A stretch of 64,000 nucleotides of DNA from Candidatus Methylomirabilales bacterium (GTDB lineage Bacteria > Methylomirabilota > Methylomirabilia > Methylomirabilales > CSP1-5): assembly GCA_046758505.1 (NCBI GenBank), contig JBHIAH010000007.1, forward strand, positions 1-64,000, written 5' to 3'. Position numbers and translations under genes: made by a program. Positions 38,034-47,182 of the stretch are shown here, piece by piece (the stretch's first letter is position 1; the number at the start of each line of letters is the position of its first letter). The notes beneath the pieces were generated by a model, which was given only the letters and a program-made list of their open reading frames with translations, did no database searches and had not been told where the DNA came from.

Positions 38034-38702
38034 ATGGGGCCGCTGGTCATCACGATCATGGCGAGGGTGCCACGGGCGGGTGAGGTCAAGACCAGGCTCA
38101 CTCCACCCCTGACCGCCACAGAGGCGGCCGAGCTGTACCGCTGCTTCCTGCTCGACAAGATCGAGCAGGTCAGGACCCTCACCGCGGTGAGCCCGGCCAT
38201 CGCCTACACCCCCGCCGACGGGAGGGGGTTTTTCGAAGCGCTGGCCCCGGGCTTTGTCCTGGTCCCCCAGCAGGGCACCGATCTGGGCACCAGGCTGGCC
38301 AGCAGCTTTGATCAACTCTTCGGAAAGGGGTACGGGGGGGCGCTGGCCATCGATAGCGATACCCCCACGCTACCGACGGATTTCCTGGCGAAGGCCCTCG
38401 ACCGCCTCGCGACACCCGCAACGGACATCGTGCTGGGCCCGAGCGAGGACGGGGGCTACTACCTCATTGGGCTCCGCGAACTTCGCCGGGAGTTGTTCGA
38501 GGACATGCCGTGGAGCACGGCGCAGGTCCTCCGCGAGACCATCCGGCGGGCGGAGACGCGGGGGCTCACGGTGGAGTGTCTTCCGCCCTGGTTCGACATC
38601 GACACCGCGGAGGACCTGGAGAGACTCCGAGGCTCCCTCCGGAACGCAGAGGGAAGCGCCCCCCGGCATACGCGGCGTTTCTTGATAGGGTGTCCCCGAT
38701 GA
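38034..38702 (+). CDS. DUF2064 / TIGR04282-type CofC-like glycosyltransferase (rSAM/selenodomain-associated)
   Basis: PRAGEVKTRL, QQGTDLGTRL, IDSDTPTL, VLGPSEDGGYYLIGL, MPWST, DIDTAEDL. Confidence 0.88.
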   Translation: MGPLVITIMARVPRAGEVKTRLTPPLTATEAAELYRCFLLDKIEQVRTLTAVSPAIAYTPADGRGFFEALAPGFVLVPQQGTDLGTRLASSFDQLFGKGYGGALAIDSDTPTLPTDFLAKALDRLATPATDIVLGPSEDGGYYLIGLRELRRELFEDMPWSTAQVLRETIRRAETRGLTVECLPPWFDIDTAEDLERLRGSLRNAEGSAPRHTRRFLIGCPR

Positions 38703-39247
38703 AGAAGCGGTCACAGATCCCGTGGGAAACGCGCTCCACGAAACCCATCTACCGCAATACGTGGCTCTCCGTCCGCGAGGATCTGGTCGAGCTGCCCAAT
38801 GGGCGAACGACCATCTATGGCGTGGTCACCTGTGGCCAGTGTGTGGGGATCCTCCCCTTCCTCGATCCCGAGACCGTGCTGCTGGTCCAGCAATACCGGT
38901 ACGTCGCCCGGCGGGTGACATGGGAGATGCCCACCGGCGGGGTCCATTCCGGAGAGTCGATCGAGGAGGCAGCCCAACGCGAACTGGCGGAGGAGACCGG
39001 CTACCGGGCCGGCCACCTGATCCCCGTGAGCACCTACCACACGAGCAAGAGTGTGGTGGATGAGACGGCCCACCTCTTCCTCGGAGAAATGCTCGTACAG
39101 CAGGAGCGTCCCCCGGATGAGACGGAGTTCCTCGAGGTCCGCCCCTTCCCCTTTGACGAGGTCCTGCGGATGGTCCTCACCGGGGAGATTGTGGACAGCA
39201 TGACCATTATCGCCGTCCTCCTCGCCGCCCGCCTGAAACACTGCTGA
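38699..39247 (+). CDS. NUDIX hydrolase (ADP-ribose pyrophosphatase-like)
   Basis: VQQYRY, EMPTGG..SGESIEEAAQRELAEETG Nudix box; ATG overlaps the previous stop. Confidence 0.9.
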   Translation: MKKRSQIPWETRSTKPIYRNTWLSVREDLVELPNGRTTIYGVVTCGQCVGILPFLDPETVLLVQQYRYVARRVTWEMPTGGVHSGESIEEAAQRELAEETGYRAGHLIPVSTYHTSKSVVDETAHLFLGEMLVQQERPPDETEFLEVRPFPFDEVLRMVLTGEIVDSMTIIAVLLAARLKHC

Positions 39248-39424
39248 TCAGCCCAAGATGGATTCCCAAACACGAAACGCAGGCGATGTTGCTGTCAGGC
39301 TTTCGATCTTTTCTTTTCGGTTAATCGCTTTGCAGTCGACCAAGGTGATGTCGAAACCGTTTATGAATACTCCAAGAGCCTTCCCCAAACCCTTCACTTG
39401 AACCGAATGGTCGTCTTGGTTCCA

Positions 39425-39637
39425 TCACGTTTTTACAGGGGTGAGTGTAAACACGCGGGCCAAGCGCGAAGCCCCTCTCAGATCGCCGCGGCGCAGGGCG
39501 TCGCGAACATCATCCAGCTTGTAGGCGTCTTCGACCGAAAGGTAGGGGGACCAGCCGGTATCTGATTCAATCAGGTCAACCTCTACTTCGGCCACGTACT
39601 TGCCTTCGTGAACGTATTTCTTGTGTCGCCTCGCCAT
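39425..39637 (-). CDS. Small partner of DUF4258 protein (putative antitoxin)
   Basis: MARRHKKYVHEGKYVAEVEVDLI...WSPYLSVEDAYKLD; translationally coupled to the DUF4258 gene. Confidence 0.65.
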   Translation of the reverse strand: MARRHKKYVHEGKYVAEVEVDLIESDTGWSPYLSVEDAYKLDDVRDALRRGDLRGASRLARVFTLTPVKT

Positions 39638-39957
39638 CACTTCCTCCTCATGAAGTCGTCGGTCCACCGGTCAGGATCAGGACGATATGATGTGACCAAA
39701 ACTGCCGGAGTATGAAGGCCGAGGGGAATGCCCCAAACAACATGGATCGGTTTTCCGTCGGTATCCTGCTGGAGTACGAGTACGCATGGTCCTTTCGGAT
39801 AGTCCGGATACTCCTCAATCAACTGGGCCTGGTGGACCCCTTCGATAACCTCTCTGGCCCGGATACCGTCTGCAGCAAGCTCCTCATACCCGTGCTCGGA
39901 GATCTTGATTTCCCCCCGGGAAATAAGGTGTAGAACCCGCCTCAGGACCTCGCTCAT
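39637..39957 (-). CDS. DUF4258-domain protein (putative toxin)
   Basis: ISEHG, IEEYPDYPKGPCVLVL, PIHVVW, VTSYRPDPDRW. Confidence 0.8.
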   Translation of the reverse strand: MSEVLRRVLHLISRGEIKISEHGYEELAADGIRAREVIEGVHQAQLIEEYPDYPKGPCVLVLQQDTDGKPIHVVWGIPLGLHTPAVLVTSYRPDPDRWTDDFMRRK

Positions 39958-40225
39958 GTGTAAAAGGATACACGAGAATCACACCTGCTGCAACGAGCGA
40001 GACAGTCCCTCTGCACGGCGAAGCCAGGCGGCTAAGGGGTGGCTGGCCTCCGGCCACCATATGGCTATCGGCTTAAGCCGCACGGTCAAATAAAAGGGGA
40101 TAAGTCCGGTATTCTTGGGTTGTCAAGAGGATCAGGCATGAGTATTGAGGTTCTCCGGAGCAGCAGCGTGTTCCGAATGACTGGTGGGTACCGCCTACCG
40201 GTCGCAAAGACTCCGGAGAGGAGCA

Positions 40226-40254
40226 TTGACACGCGTCCGGGCGTTCCTTATGCT
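40226..40254 (+). promoter_or_regulatory. sigma70 promoter
   Basis: TTGACA-N17-TATGCT upstream of the dehydrogenase. Confidence 0.65.
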
Positions 40255-40385
40255 CTTCCTGCTCCTGGAAGTCTGGGCTAGTGCTCCACGCTAACCGTGC
40301 CAAGGATATTTCGAGAACGTAGAAAAGCCACAGGCAATCGTTGTATAGCGCGTCGCAGCAGTCGCTTCTGAAAGGGGGCGCAATC

Positions 40386-41165
40386 ATGCGTTTGAACGGC
40401 AAGGTCGCCATCGTCACGGGTGGCGCGAGCGGGATCGGCAAAGCCACCGCTTGCGCGCTGGCCAATGCCGGTGCCACCGTGGTCATCGTCGACCTCAACG
40501 AAGCGGCCGGCGAGGCAACAGTCAAAGACCTCGCGGCGGCGGGCCCGCCGGCCGCTTTCCAGAAGACCGACGTCTCGAACCCGGCAGAGGCCAAACACCT
40601 CATTGACGGCACCGTCCACCGCCTCGGCCGGGTCGACATCTTGGTCAACAACGCGGGACTGCAGCACGTCGCCCCGATCCAGGACTTTCCCGAAGAGAAG
40701 TGGAACCTCCTCCTCGGCGTCATGCTCACGGGTCCCTTCCTCCTCACCAAGCACGCCTTCCCGCACATGCTCCGCCAGCGCTTCGGGCGGATCATCAACC
40801 TTGCCTCCGCCCACGGCCTGGTCGCTTCGCCCTTCAAGTGCGCCTACGTCTCCGCCAAACACGGGCTCCTCGGCTTGACCAAGGTCATCGCCCTCGAGGG
40901 GGCCGCACATAACGTCACGGCGGTCGCCGTCTGTCCCGCCTACGTGCGGACACCCATCGTGGAGCACCAGATCGCCGAGCAGGCGAAGGCCCACGGCATC
41001 TCGGAGCAGGAGGTCATGGAAAAGGTGATCCTGGCTCCCCAGGCGGTCAAACGGTTGTTAGAGCCGCAGGAGGTGGCTGACCTCATCGTGTTCCTTGCCT
41101 CCGAGCAGGCGCGCGGCATCACGGGAACGCACGTCGCCATGGATCTCGGCTGGTCGGCCCACTGA
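40386..41165 (+). CDS. bdhA: 3-hydroxybutyrate dehydrogenase (SDR)
   Basis: TGGASGIG, NNAGLQHVAPIQDFP, SAHGLVASPFKCAYVSAKHG, CPAYVRTP. Confidence 0.88.
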   Translation: MRLNGKVAIVTGGASGIGKATACALANAGATVVIVDLNEAAGEATVKDLAAAGPPAAFQKTDVSNPAEAKHLIDGTVHRLGRVDILVNNAGLQHVAPIQDFPEEKWNLLLGVMLTGPFLLTKHAFPHMLRQRFGRIINLASAHGLVASPFKCAYVSAKHGLLGLTKVIALEGAAHNVTAVAVCPAYVRTPIVEHQIAEQAKAHGISEQEVMEKVILAPQAVKRLLEPQEVADLIVFLASEQARGITGTHVAMDLGWSAH

Positions 41166-41323
41166 CCCACCTCCGCCCCACCCCCCTTCCCGAGCTCCCG
41201 CGGCCGATCCGTGCTCCCTTCCCCGGCGCACCCCCAATGAGGCCAAAGGATTCCCCCGTCCCCCGTCCCGCACCGACCCCTTGCGGAGCAGGAAACATAG
41301 CACGAGTTTCCCACCCCGGCCTG

Positions 41324-41388
41324 GGAACCCGGGCCGCCGAACAATCGTTGAAATAGTGTGAAACCGTTTCACGCCTCCCCGCATCTAA
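41324..41388 (+). promoter_or_regulatory. Tandem ECF-type promoters (class B then class A)
   Basis: GGAAC-N17-CGTT at 41324-41349 and GAAAC-N17-CATCTAA at 41360-41388. Confidence 0.65.
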
Positions 41389-41407
41389 CACGATGGAGGG
41401 TGACTGC

Positions 41408-41617
41408 ATGAAGATCTGGCACGAAATATTCGTCGCGGCTTTCGTCTTGCTGTACGGCGGCTTGAGTGTGGCGCTCCTGGGGAGCTGGTTACGGGACGCG
41501 CTCAGGGTCCTCACGGGCGGTCCGCGGCCAGCGTCCAGAACGTCGCTTCACCCTGCGCCTTCTGCGGCACGAGAAGTCGCCTGGTACCCCCCTCGACACA
41601 GCCCGGTGCCACAATGA
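41408..41617 (+). CDS. Small single-TM membrane protein (paralog of 57088-57249)
   Basis: MKIWHEIFVAAFVLLYGGLSVALLGSW; RBS GGAGG; paralog in window. Confidence 0.75.
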   Translation: MKIWHEIFVAAFVLLYGGLSVALLGSWLRDALRVLTGGPRPASRTSLHPAPSAAREVAWYPPRHSPVPQ

Positions 41618-41671
41618 CCTTTCCAGGGAAGACCGTCACGTTATGTTCTCTCGCGAACAAGGGAGGCTGTG

Positions 41672-41923
41672 ATGTGGATTAAACTCTCTGCGGACCGCTC
41701 CTGTGCGAATTGTGATATCTCGACTGAGCGTTGGGTTCTCTATGGGCACACGGGGCGGGTGGTTGTCGAGGCCACGTTCTGCCCGATCTGCTATCCGGCC
41801 TTGACACGCATTTTCGAGAAAACCGAGGCTCCACGGTATCAGGATGAGCCACCGTATCCGCTGCCGCTTCTCGCCACTGAACGAAGCACCGAATTGAACA
41901 TGGCCCGATCCGTGATGCGATAG
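41672..41923 (+). CDS. Small CxxC...EATFCxxC Zn-finger protein
   Basis: RSCANC...W...EATFCPIC; RBS GGAGG; paralog at 42471-42698. Confidence 0.7.
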   Translation: MWIKLSADRSCANCDISTERWVLYGHTGRVVVEATFCPICYPALTRIFEKTEAPRYQDEPPYPLPLLATERSTELNMARSVMR

Positions 41924-41972
41924 GTGTAACGGAAACCGGGAGCCGACAAAGCCGTCATCAGTGAGGCGTAAC

Positions 41973-42041
41973 ATGCTCCATACGGTGATCCTCATTGCGC
42001 TGGCGCTGGGTTTTCTGTTCCTGAGCGCGACGCACGATTGA
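41973..42041 (+). CDS. Possible 22-aa hydrophobic peptide
   Basis: MLHTVILIALALGFLFLSATHD with GAGG 7 nt upstream. Confidence 0.35.
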   Translation: MLHTVILIALALGFLFLSATHD

Positions 42042-42470
42042 ACCTCCGGTCTCTCTTCCCGCGAAGCGGCCAAGTCTCGCGCGTCCCACTCGGATCCGGG
42101 GATCCTGCCTCTTCCGACCCCTCAGCCGTGACACACCGAACACGCCTTCCCACACACTATTTCGACTCCACCGGATTGCTTTCCGTTCAATGATTAGCTG
42201 AATAAAGGCGCATGCCTACGACGCCGCCCCCGGCGGATCCACCAAGGCTGCAAGGTGTGGACGGCATCGGTCCACCCTCTTCTCTGTTGGGTTCCCCGCA
42301 CCAATTTTCCGGCGACCACGCCGGCACTGCACCCGTGAACAGAAGATGAACACCAAGGATCTGTCGCTGATCGGGACCGTCAGGGGCCGCGCAAGGAGGA
42401 GGGAAAGGTGTACCCCGCTCCGACAGGGTGCAGCGCACGGAAACAGGGGTCCTCCCCCGGTGTGTAGCCG

Positions 42471-42698
42471 TCACGCAGCGGCCTCGCCCTGATCGTGCGT
42501 GGCAAACACCATCGCCACATCCGGGGTGCAGACCAGGCAAAAGGTCGCCTCGGCGACCCTGTGCCCGTCCGCCTTCCGTAGTGCCCAAGACTCAACCGGG
42601 GCCCCGCACCTGCCACAGGACCGTTCCGCCGGAGTCCGTACCCATTCCCGCTCGTTTCCCACCGCCGTAACTCGATTCCGATTCTGACGTGTGTCCAT
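42471..42698 (-). CDS. Small CxxC...EATFCxxC Zn-finger protein
   Basis: RSCGRC...W...EATFCLVC; RBS GGAGG; paralog at 41672-41923. Confidence 0.7.
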   Translation of the reverse strand: MDTRQNRNRVTAVGNEREWVRTPAERSCGRCGAPVESWALRKADGHRVAEATFCLVCTPDVAMVFATHDQGEAAA

Positions 42699-42756
42699 CG
42701 CCCCCTCCCCGCTCCGAAAACCCTTGGAGCCCCCCATGAGCGCTCTCAATCTGTTG

Positions 42757-42865
42757 AACCGTCGTGAGGACCGCACGGTTCCGCCAGCGAGACCGAAGGT
42801 CCGGGGATGGCGCTCCACAGAGGGTTGGGTCCCCATCCGGGAACCCCGGCAGCCAGGCGCGCGTT
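42757..42865. promoter_or_regulatory. Divergent pair of class B ECF-type promoters
   Basis: GGAAC-N17-GGTT (minus, 42757-42782) and GGAAC-N17-CGTT (plus, 42840-42865). Confidence 0.6.
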
Positions 42866-42921
42866 ATAGGATCATATAAAGACAGGAGGGGGCGGTCCAG
42901 CCGCCCAGAAAGGAGTCCATC

Positions 42922-43449
42922 ATGACTGCGCGACCCGGCGCGATCGCGGGAGTGGTTCCAGGGAGCGATACCCACGACATGTCGAAGGTCTACCAGGAAG
43001 GGATCATCGCCGGTCTGATCGGAGCGGCCACGGTGGCCTTCTGGTTTCTCCTCGTGGACACCCTGACCGGCCGGCCCCTGTACACGCCGACGGTCCTCGG
43101 CGCCGCCCTTTTTCGAGGAGGGGCAGGCCTCACCGCGCCGGCGCATCTCCCGGTCTCCTGGGAGATGGTGTTCATGTACACGTGGGTACACGGGCTCGTC
43201 TTCTGCGTGATGGGAGGACTGGCCGCGCGCCTCCTGGTCTTCGCCGAAAAAAACCCGAATCTCGGGTTCGGCATTCTGCTCTTCTTTGTAGCTTTCGAGT
43301 ACGGATTCGTCACGGCCGCCATGCTCTTTGCCGAGCCCATCCTGCATGCCCTCGCCTGGGAGGCAATCCTGATTGGAAACCTGTTGGCGGCGGCCACAAT
43401 GGGCGGATACTTCTACTCCCGGCATCCGCATCTGACGATCAGGCCTTAG
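42922..43449 (+). CDS. Four-TM hypothetical membrane protein
   Basis: EGIIAGLIGAATVAFWFL, PLYTP, YTWVHG, GNLLAA; RBS AAGGAG. Confidence 0.75.
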   Translation: MTARPGAIAGVVPGSDTHDMSKVYQEGIIAGLIGAATVAFWFLLVDTLTGRPLYTPTVLGAALFRGGAGLTAPAHLPVSWEMVFMYTWVHGLVFCVMGGLAARLLVFAEKNPNLGFGILLFFVAFEYGFVTAAMLFAEPILHALAWEAILIGNLLAAATMGGYFYSRHPHLTIRP

Positions 43450-43612
43450 ATCTTTACCTCTTCGGGCGTCGCGTCATGGAGCCGGTGAACCTTCACGTTC
43501 AACTGACCTCGGTGGCCGGATGGCTGAAGCCAGGGGGCGAAGTGGCCGGGGTGACTCGATGACCCCGACTCGATCCAACCGCAGGCTCCCCTGCTGAGGA
43601 GAGGGCAACTCG

Positions 43613-44269
43613 ATGTCTCGAGACCGCACGTTTTGTCCCTGGAGGAAAAGAGATTTCCCCTTCTACCTGCTGGCGGTTGGGATCTTCCTGACAGGCTGCG
43701 CGGCCGGGCAGATCGGGGACGGAACGTACATCAATCAGAGCACGGCCTTTGACGTTGCGCCCCCGTCCAAGGCGTGGACCGTCAAGACAGGTACGGGATC
43801 GGACCGGTTGCTACGCTCTCAGAGCCGCCAGGCCTGGATATCTATCCATGCCACCTGCGGCGAGATCCCTTCGTACCGACCCCCCAAGATCGTAGGTCCA
43901 TATCGGTTCTTCGGCATCCAGAGGATCCAACGCCTCCGAGAGAATCGTCACCCTACCGGGCACGGGGAGGTGCTGGAAGTAATGGTGCAGAGCAAGCTCG
44001 GGGGCAGGGAACGCATGCTCCACGGCTACACCCTGAAGATCCAGGGGTGTCTCTACGACCTGCTCCTCTTTGCCTCTCCGGAGGACTTTTCCGCGGTAGA
44101 TAGAGAATTTAGGGCCCTGGTCCGGCAGTTCACATGCGGAGGCGGGGAGCCCGGACCGGGGGACGCCTTTCATTCCGGGGCACAAGCTCCCGCCGACCCG
44201 GACGGGGACCCGGCGGGATCGTGCCCTCCGGTGCGTGACCGGGACGGGCGCGTCGCAATCAAGCGCTAA
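43613..44269 (+). CDS. Lipoprotein, diverged and possibly decaying paralog of 52297-52812
   Basis: Lipobox LTGC; DGTYIN, SIHATCGEIP, CLYDLLLFA.PED shared with the paralog; extended N- and C-termini. Confidence 0.55.
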   Translation: MSRDRTFCPWRKRDFPFYLLAVGIFLTGCAAGQIGDGTYINQSTAFDVAPPSKAWTVKTGTGSDRLLRSQSRQAWISIHATCGEIPSYRPPKIVGPYRFFGIQRIQRLRENRHPTGHGEVLEVMVQSKLGGRERMLHGYTLKIQGCLYDLLLFASPEDFSAVDREFRALVRQFTCGGGEPGPGDAFHSGAQAPADPDGDPAGSCPPVRDRDGRVAIKR

Positions 44270-44565
44270 TCCACTTTTCCGACCAGCAGCAGGCGGAACG
44301 GAAGTATCGGCGGACCATCCAGCGCCGTGGTGCGGTCGTCCGGGTGAGCGCCCCGCCCGGCAATCCCTGGAACGGCCAGGGTCTCGCCGAGACGCTCACC
44401 GTCCGGCCCCAAACGATGCCGCTTTTGGTCGACGAGACGTACCCATACCGGTCACGCCGTGGGATGGAGGCTCGAGGAAGGGCCAGGGCGGGCAGGTGAC
44501 CCGAGGCGCTTCACAGACGGTCGCCCCCTCCGGAATCGCCCGAGGCCTCCTCTCGCTTCGAACCA

Positions 44566-45468
44566 TTAGAGGGTTTCAAAGGTCAGGTGTCGTTCGACCC
44601 CTGCGTGCGTTGCCCCATCCGTCTCTGCATAGGCCGCGGGGAAGTAGAGGAGGCGCTCGCCCCGTTGGGGAGGCTCGAGGAGGAGATCCCGGCCCCGGGA
44701 GAAGGCGATATGGTTCAGGTCGAGGGTTCCGAAGCCCGCATGGCCGTACTTGCAGGCGCAGGAAGCGTCCACCGGAATCCACCCGAGCCCGCCGATGTAC
44801 GCCTCCGCCCAGCAGTGATAGCCACACACCTCGCACTGCCCGGGGGTCAGGGCCTCGAGCGCAAACCCCATCACCAGGCGGGAGGGAATCTGAATTGCCC
44901 GGCAGAGAGAGATATACAGGGCGTGAATGTCGTTACAGTTCCCCAGCTGACAGCTGAGGGCGTGATCCGTGCTCCCCTTCCAGGACTGCTGCCCGGCATC
45001 GTACTGCATGTACCCGGTGACGTAGTCGTAGATGGCCTCCGCCCGCTTCAGCGGATTCCCTTCTCCGCCGACGATCTGAAGCGCCCGCTCCCGCATCTCG
45101 TCATCCACACGGACGTACCGCTCAGGGAGGAGGTAACGGAGGAAAGGCTCCCAGGCGCCGTCCAGCGGCTGCGCTTGGGCTGAATCCGGCGCCGCGGCAA
45201 CGGGCGCCCGCATCACCCAGTAGGAGAGCTCGACCTCAACCGCTCTCGCCGGGGAGAGCCGCCCGTAAAGGATGGCATTCCCCCACTCGCGGTCGTAGTG
45301 GAGGGTCAGGGGGAAGTTGGCCTTCACCCGCACGTCGAGGACGCGCTGATACCCGTCGCTCTGGAGGAAGGGGATCCAGACGTCGAGCTGCCGCGCCTCC
45401 GCCGGAATTTCCCGAATGACCACTCGATCCTGAAGCCGGTAGCGCTGCCCTGTCTCCTTCGTTGCCAC
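44566..45468 (-). CDS. Transglutaminase-like (Cys-His-Asp) protein
   Basis: GNCNDIHALYISLCRAIQIPSR, GYHCWAE, WIPVD; GTG start. Confidence 0.85.
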   Translation of the reverse strand: MATKETGQRYRLQDRVVIREIPAEARQLDVWIPFLQSDGYQRVLDVRVKANFPLTLHYDREWGNAILYGRLSPARAVEVELSYWVMRAPVAAAPDSAQAQPLDGAWEPFLRYLLPERYVRVDDEMRERALQIVGGEGNPLKRAEAIYDYVTGYMQYDAGQQSWKGSTDHALSCQLGNCNDIHALYISLCRAIQIPSRLVMGFALEALTPGQCEVCGYHCWAEAYIGGLGWIPVDASCACKYGHAGFGTLDLNHIAFSRGRDLLLEPPQRGERLLYFPAAYAETDGATHAGVERHLTFETL

Positions 45469-45570
45469 CGCGGTTATCCTCTTCCCTCCCGCCGCACGCC
45501 CTGCCCGCGTCCCGGCAGACCACTCTCGCGGGGTCCCTTGCTCCTCGGGACCGCTCCCGACCACACCGGA

Positions 45571-45819
45571 TTATGAGGATTCTTCGGTCCGTCCAGGGCG
45601 CTGGCGCAGGAAACGAAGCACGCGGGCCTTCAATTCCCCCGGAACCTCCTCCTCACCGAGATCCCGCAACAGGGTGGTGGTCGTTTCGTACGACCGCATA
45701 AAGTTCTCGCACGTCCGGCACCCCTCCAGGTGGCCCTTGAGGGCTTGAAGCGTTTCCGGATCCAGCGACCCCTCCAGGTAGTCGGCGAGTAGGTTGGTGA
45801 TTTCTTTGCAGCTGATCAA
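45571..45819 (-). CDS. Soluble zf-HC2 anti-sigma factor
   Basis: SCKEI...YLEGSL...HLEGCRTC; overlaps the sigma stop. Confidence 0.85.
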   Translation of the reverse strand: MISCKEITNLLADYLEGSLDPETLQALKGHLEGCRTCENFMRSYETTTTLLRDLGEEEVPGELKARVLRFLRQRPGRTEESS

Positions 45820-46424
45820 CGCGTCTCCTCGAAGGCGGCTGCCAGTTGTCCCCGGAGCGCCAGCCGAGCCCGGTGCAGCCGTGACTTGACAGCCGCCACG
45901 CTGAGCCCCAACGTCTGGGCCACCTCTTCGCCGGAGAGCCCCTGCAGATCGCGAAGGGCCACGACGGCACGATACTCCGCCGGCAGGGTCGCCAGCGCCT
46001 GGCGAACCAGTGACCGCTGCTCCTGTTGCAAGAGGACCTTCTCCGGGTTTGCCGACCAGGCCTCGACCGGCCGCAGGTGATGTCCCGTGTCGTCAAAGGC
46101 CGGTAACCATTGCTCTATATCTTCCTCCACCCGTTCCTTCCGCCCGCGGATTTTCATCATGGCGGCATTGACGGTGATTCGATGGAGCCAGGTGCTGAAG
46201 GCGGAGCGGCCCTCGAAGCTCTCGATCTTCCGGAAAACGGTCATGAAGACATCCTGCACGACCTCTTCGGCATCCTGGGGATCCCCCGTGATGGCCCGGG
46301 CGAGGCGATACGTCTGCCCCGAGTACCGGTCCAGCAGCGCCGCAAAGGCGTTCTCGTCCCCGGCCTTCAGCCGCTCGAGCATCTCCGAATCCGGGAACTG
46401 CACCTGGTCAGTCACTGGTACCAT
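45816..46424 (-). CDS. ECF sigma factor
   Basis: GDENAF, DAEEVVQD, FEGRSAFSTWLHRITVNAA, AVKSRLHRAR; true start probably slightly downstream of 46424. Confidence 0.92.
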   Translation of the reverse strand: MVPVTDQVQFPDSEMLERLKAGDENAFAALLDRYSGQTYRLARAITGDPQDAEEVVQDVFMTVFRKIESFEGRSAFSTWLHRITVNAAMMKIRGRKERVEEDIEQWLPAFDDTGHHLRPVEAWSANPEKVLLQQEQRSLVRQALATLPAEYRAVVALRDLQGLSGEEVAQTLGLSVAAVKSRLHRARLALRGQLAAAFEETR

Positions 46425-46425
46425 G

Positions 46426-46454
46426 TTAGATGCCCCACCCCTCCCAAAAGATTC
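46426..46454 (-). promoter_or_regulatory. Class A ECF-type promoter directly upstream of the sigma gene (autoregulatory)
   Basis: GAATC-N17-CATCTAA on the minus strand. Confidence 0.75.
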
Positions 46455-46665
46455 TTCCTCGATTGATAAGGGAACGGAAAAGGCCCCGTGAAACCGCTCG
46501 GGTCGTTGTGGGTACTATAGCAAAAGAGGAGGGAAATACTCAAACACCTTCGCGGAGGTTCAACCGTCGGGACAGGTCTCATCGGGATGCGGGTGCCGGA
46601 GACTTGGCGTCGTTTGCCTGCGGCTCCCCGAGAGGCTTTCTCAAGCCAGGCAGGCATTGACGTGC

Positions 46666-46694
46666 GAATCTTTTTCGACGAAGCCCGCATCTAA
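46666..46694 (+). promoter_or_regulatory. Class A ECF-type promoter
   Basis: GAATC-N17-CATCTAA, divergent from the sigma promoter. Confidence 0.7.
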
Positions 46695-47182
46695 CAGAGT
46701 AGTTTTGGGAAACGGGGCGCAGGTCCGCCACCCCAAAAACCACAACGCTCATGCGTGTGCAAGACGAGAACGCCTGCAGGACCTCAGGGTTTCAGGTTAC
46801 ATGCAGAAGGGATGGAAAGAGATGTTTGATCTTCATTACTCCGGCACGCTGGTAGATCTGGCATGGTCTCTTTGGATGGGGTGGGGAATCATGGTCCCCC
46901 TTGTGGGACTCTGGCATTCCAGCACGTGGCGGATCTCAGGAGGGAAGCGGGTTCCCCTGCCGGTCTCGCGGTGACGGCTCAACGCTACTCCGTGCGAGCC
47001 GGGAAGCCTACGACGGGTCTCGTGGCAACAGGAACCGGCCTGTCATGCACCCCGGTGGGATGTGTCCCCGCCCACTTAGGCACGGCCACGCCTGAAAGGA
47101 CCGCACAGACCGAGAAAGCGAGGGAACGGCCTTTGAGCAAAGCCATGGGGGCAGCGAGCGACCCTCGGCAAGGGAGGAGATA

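Noticed and set aside
39245..39430. Sec readthrough at the NUDIX stop (HC-TGA followed by an open frame)
   Set aside because: The NUDIX domain is already complete, no SECIS-like hairpin is evident, and the extension runs into the convergent TA genes.
39425..39957. TA pairs (here and 1685-2171) as evidence of a prophage or integrative element
   Set aside because: No integrase, transposase, att repeats or tRNA found nearby.
46801..46974. Small Trp-rich ORF downstream of the class A promoter at 46666
   Set aside because: Could be a real small membrane protein, but RBS and start are ambiguous and there is no paralog or motif support.
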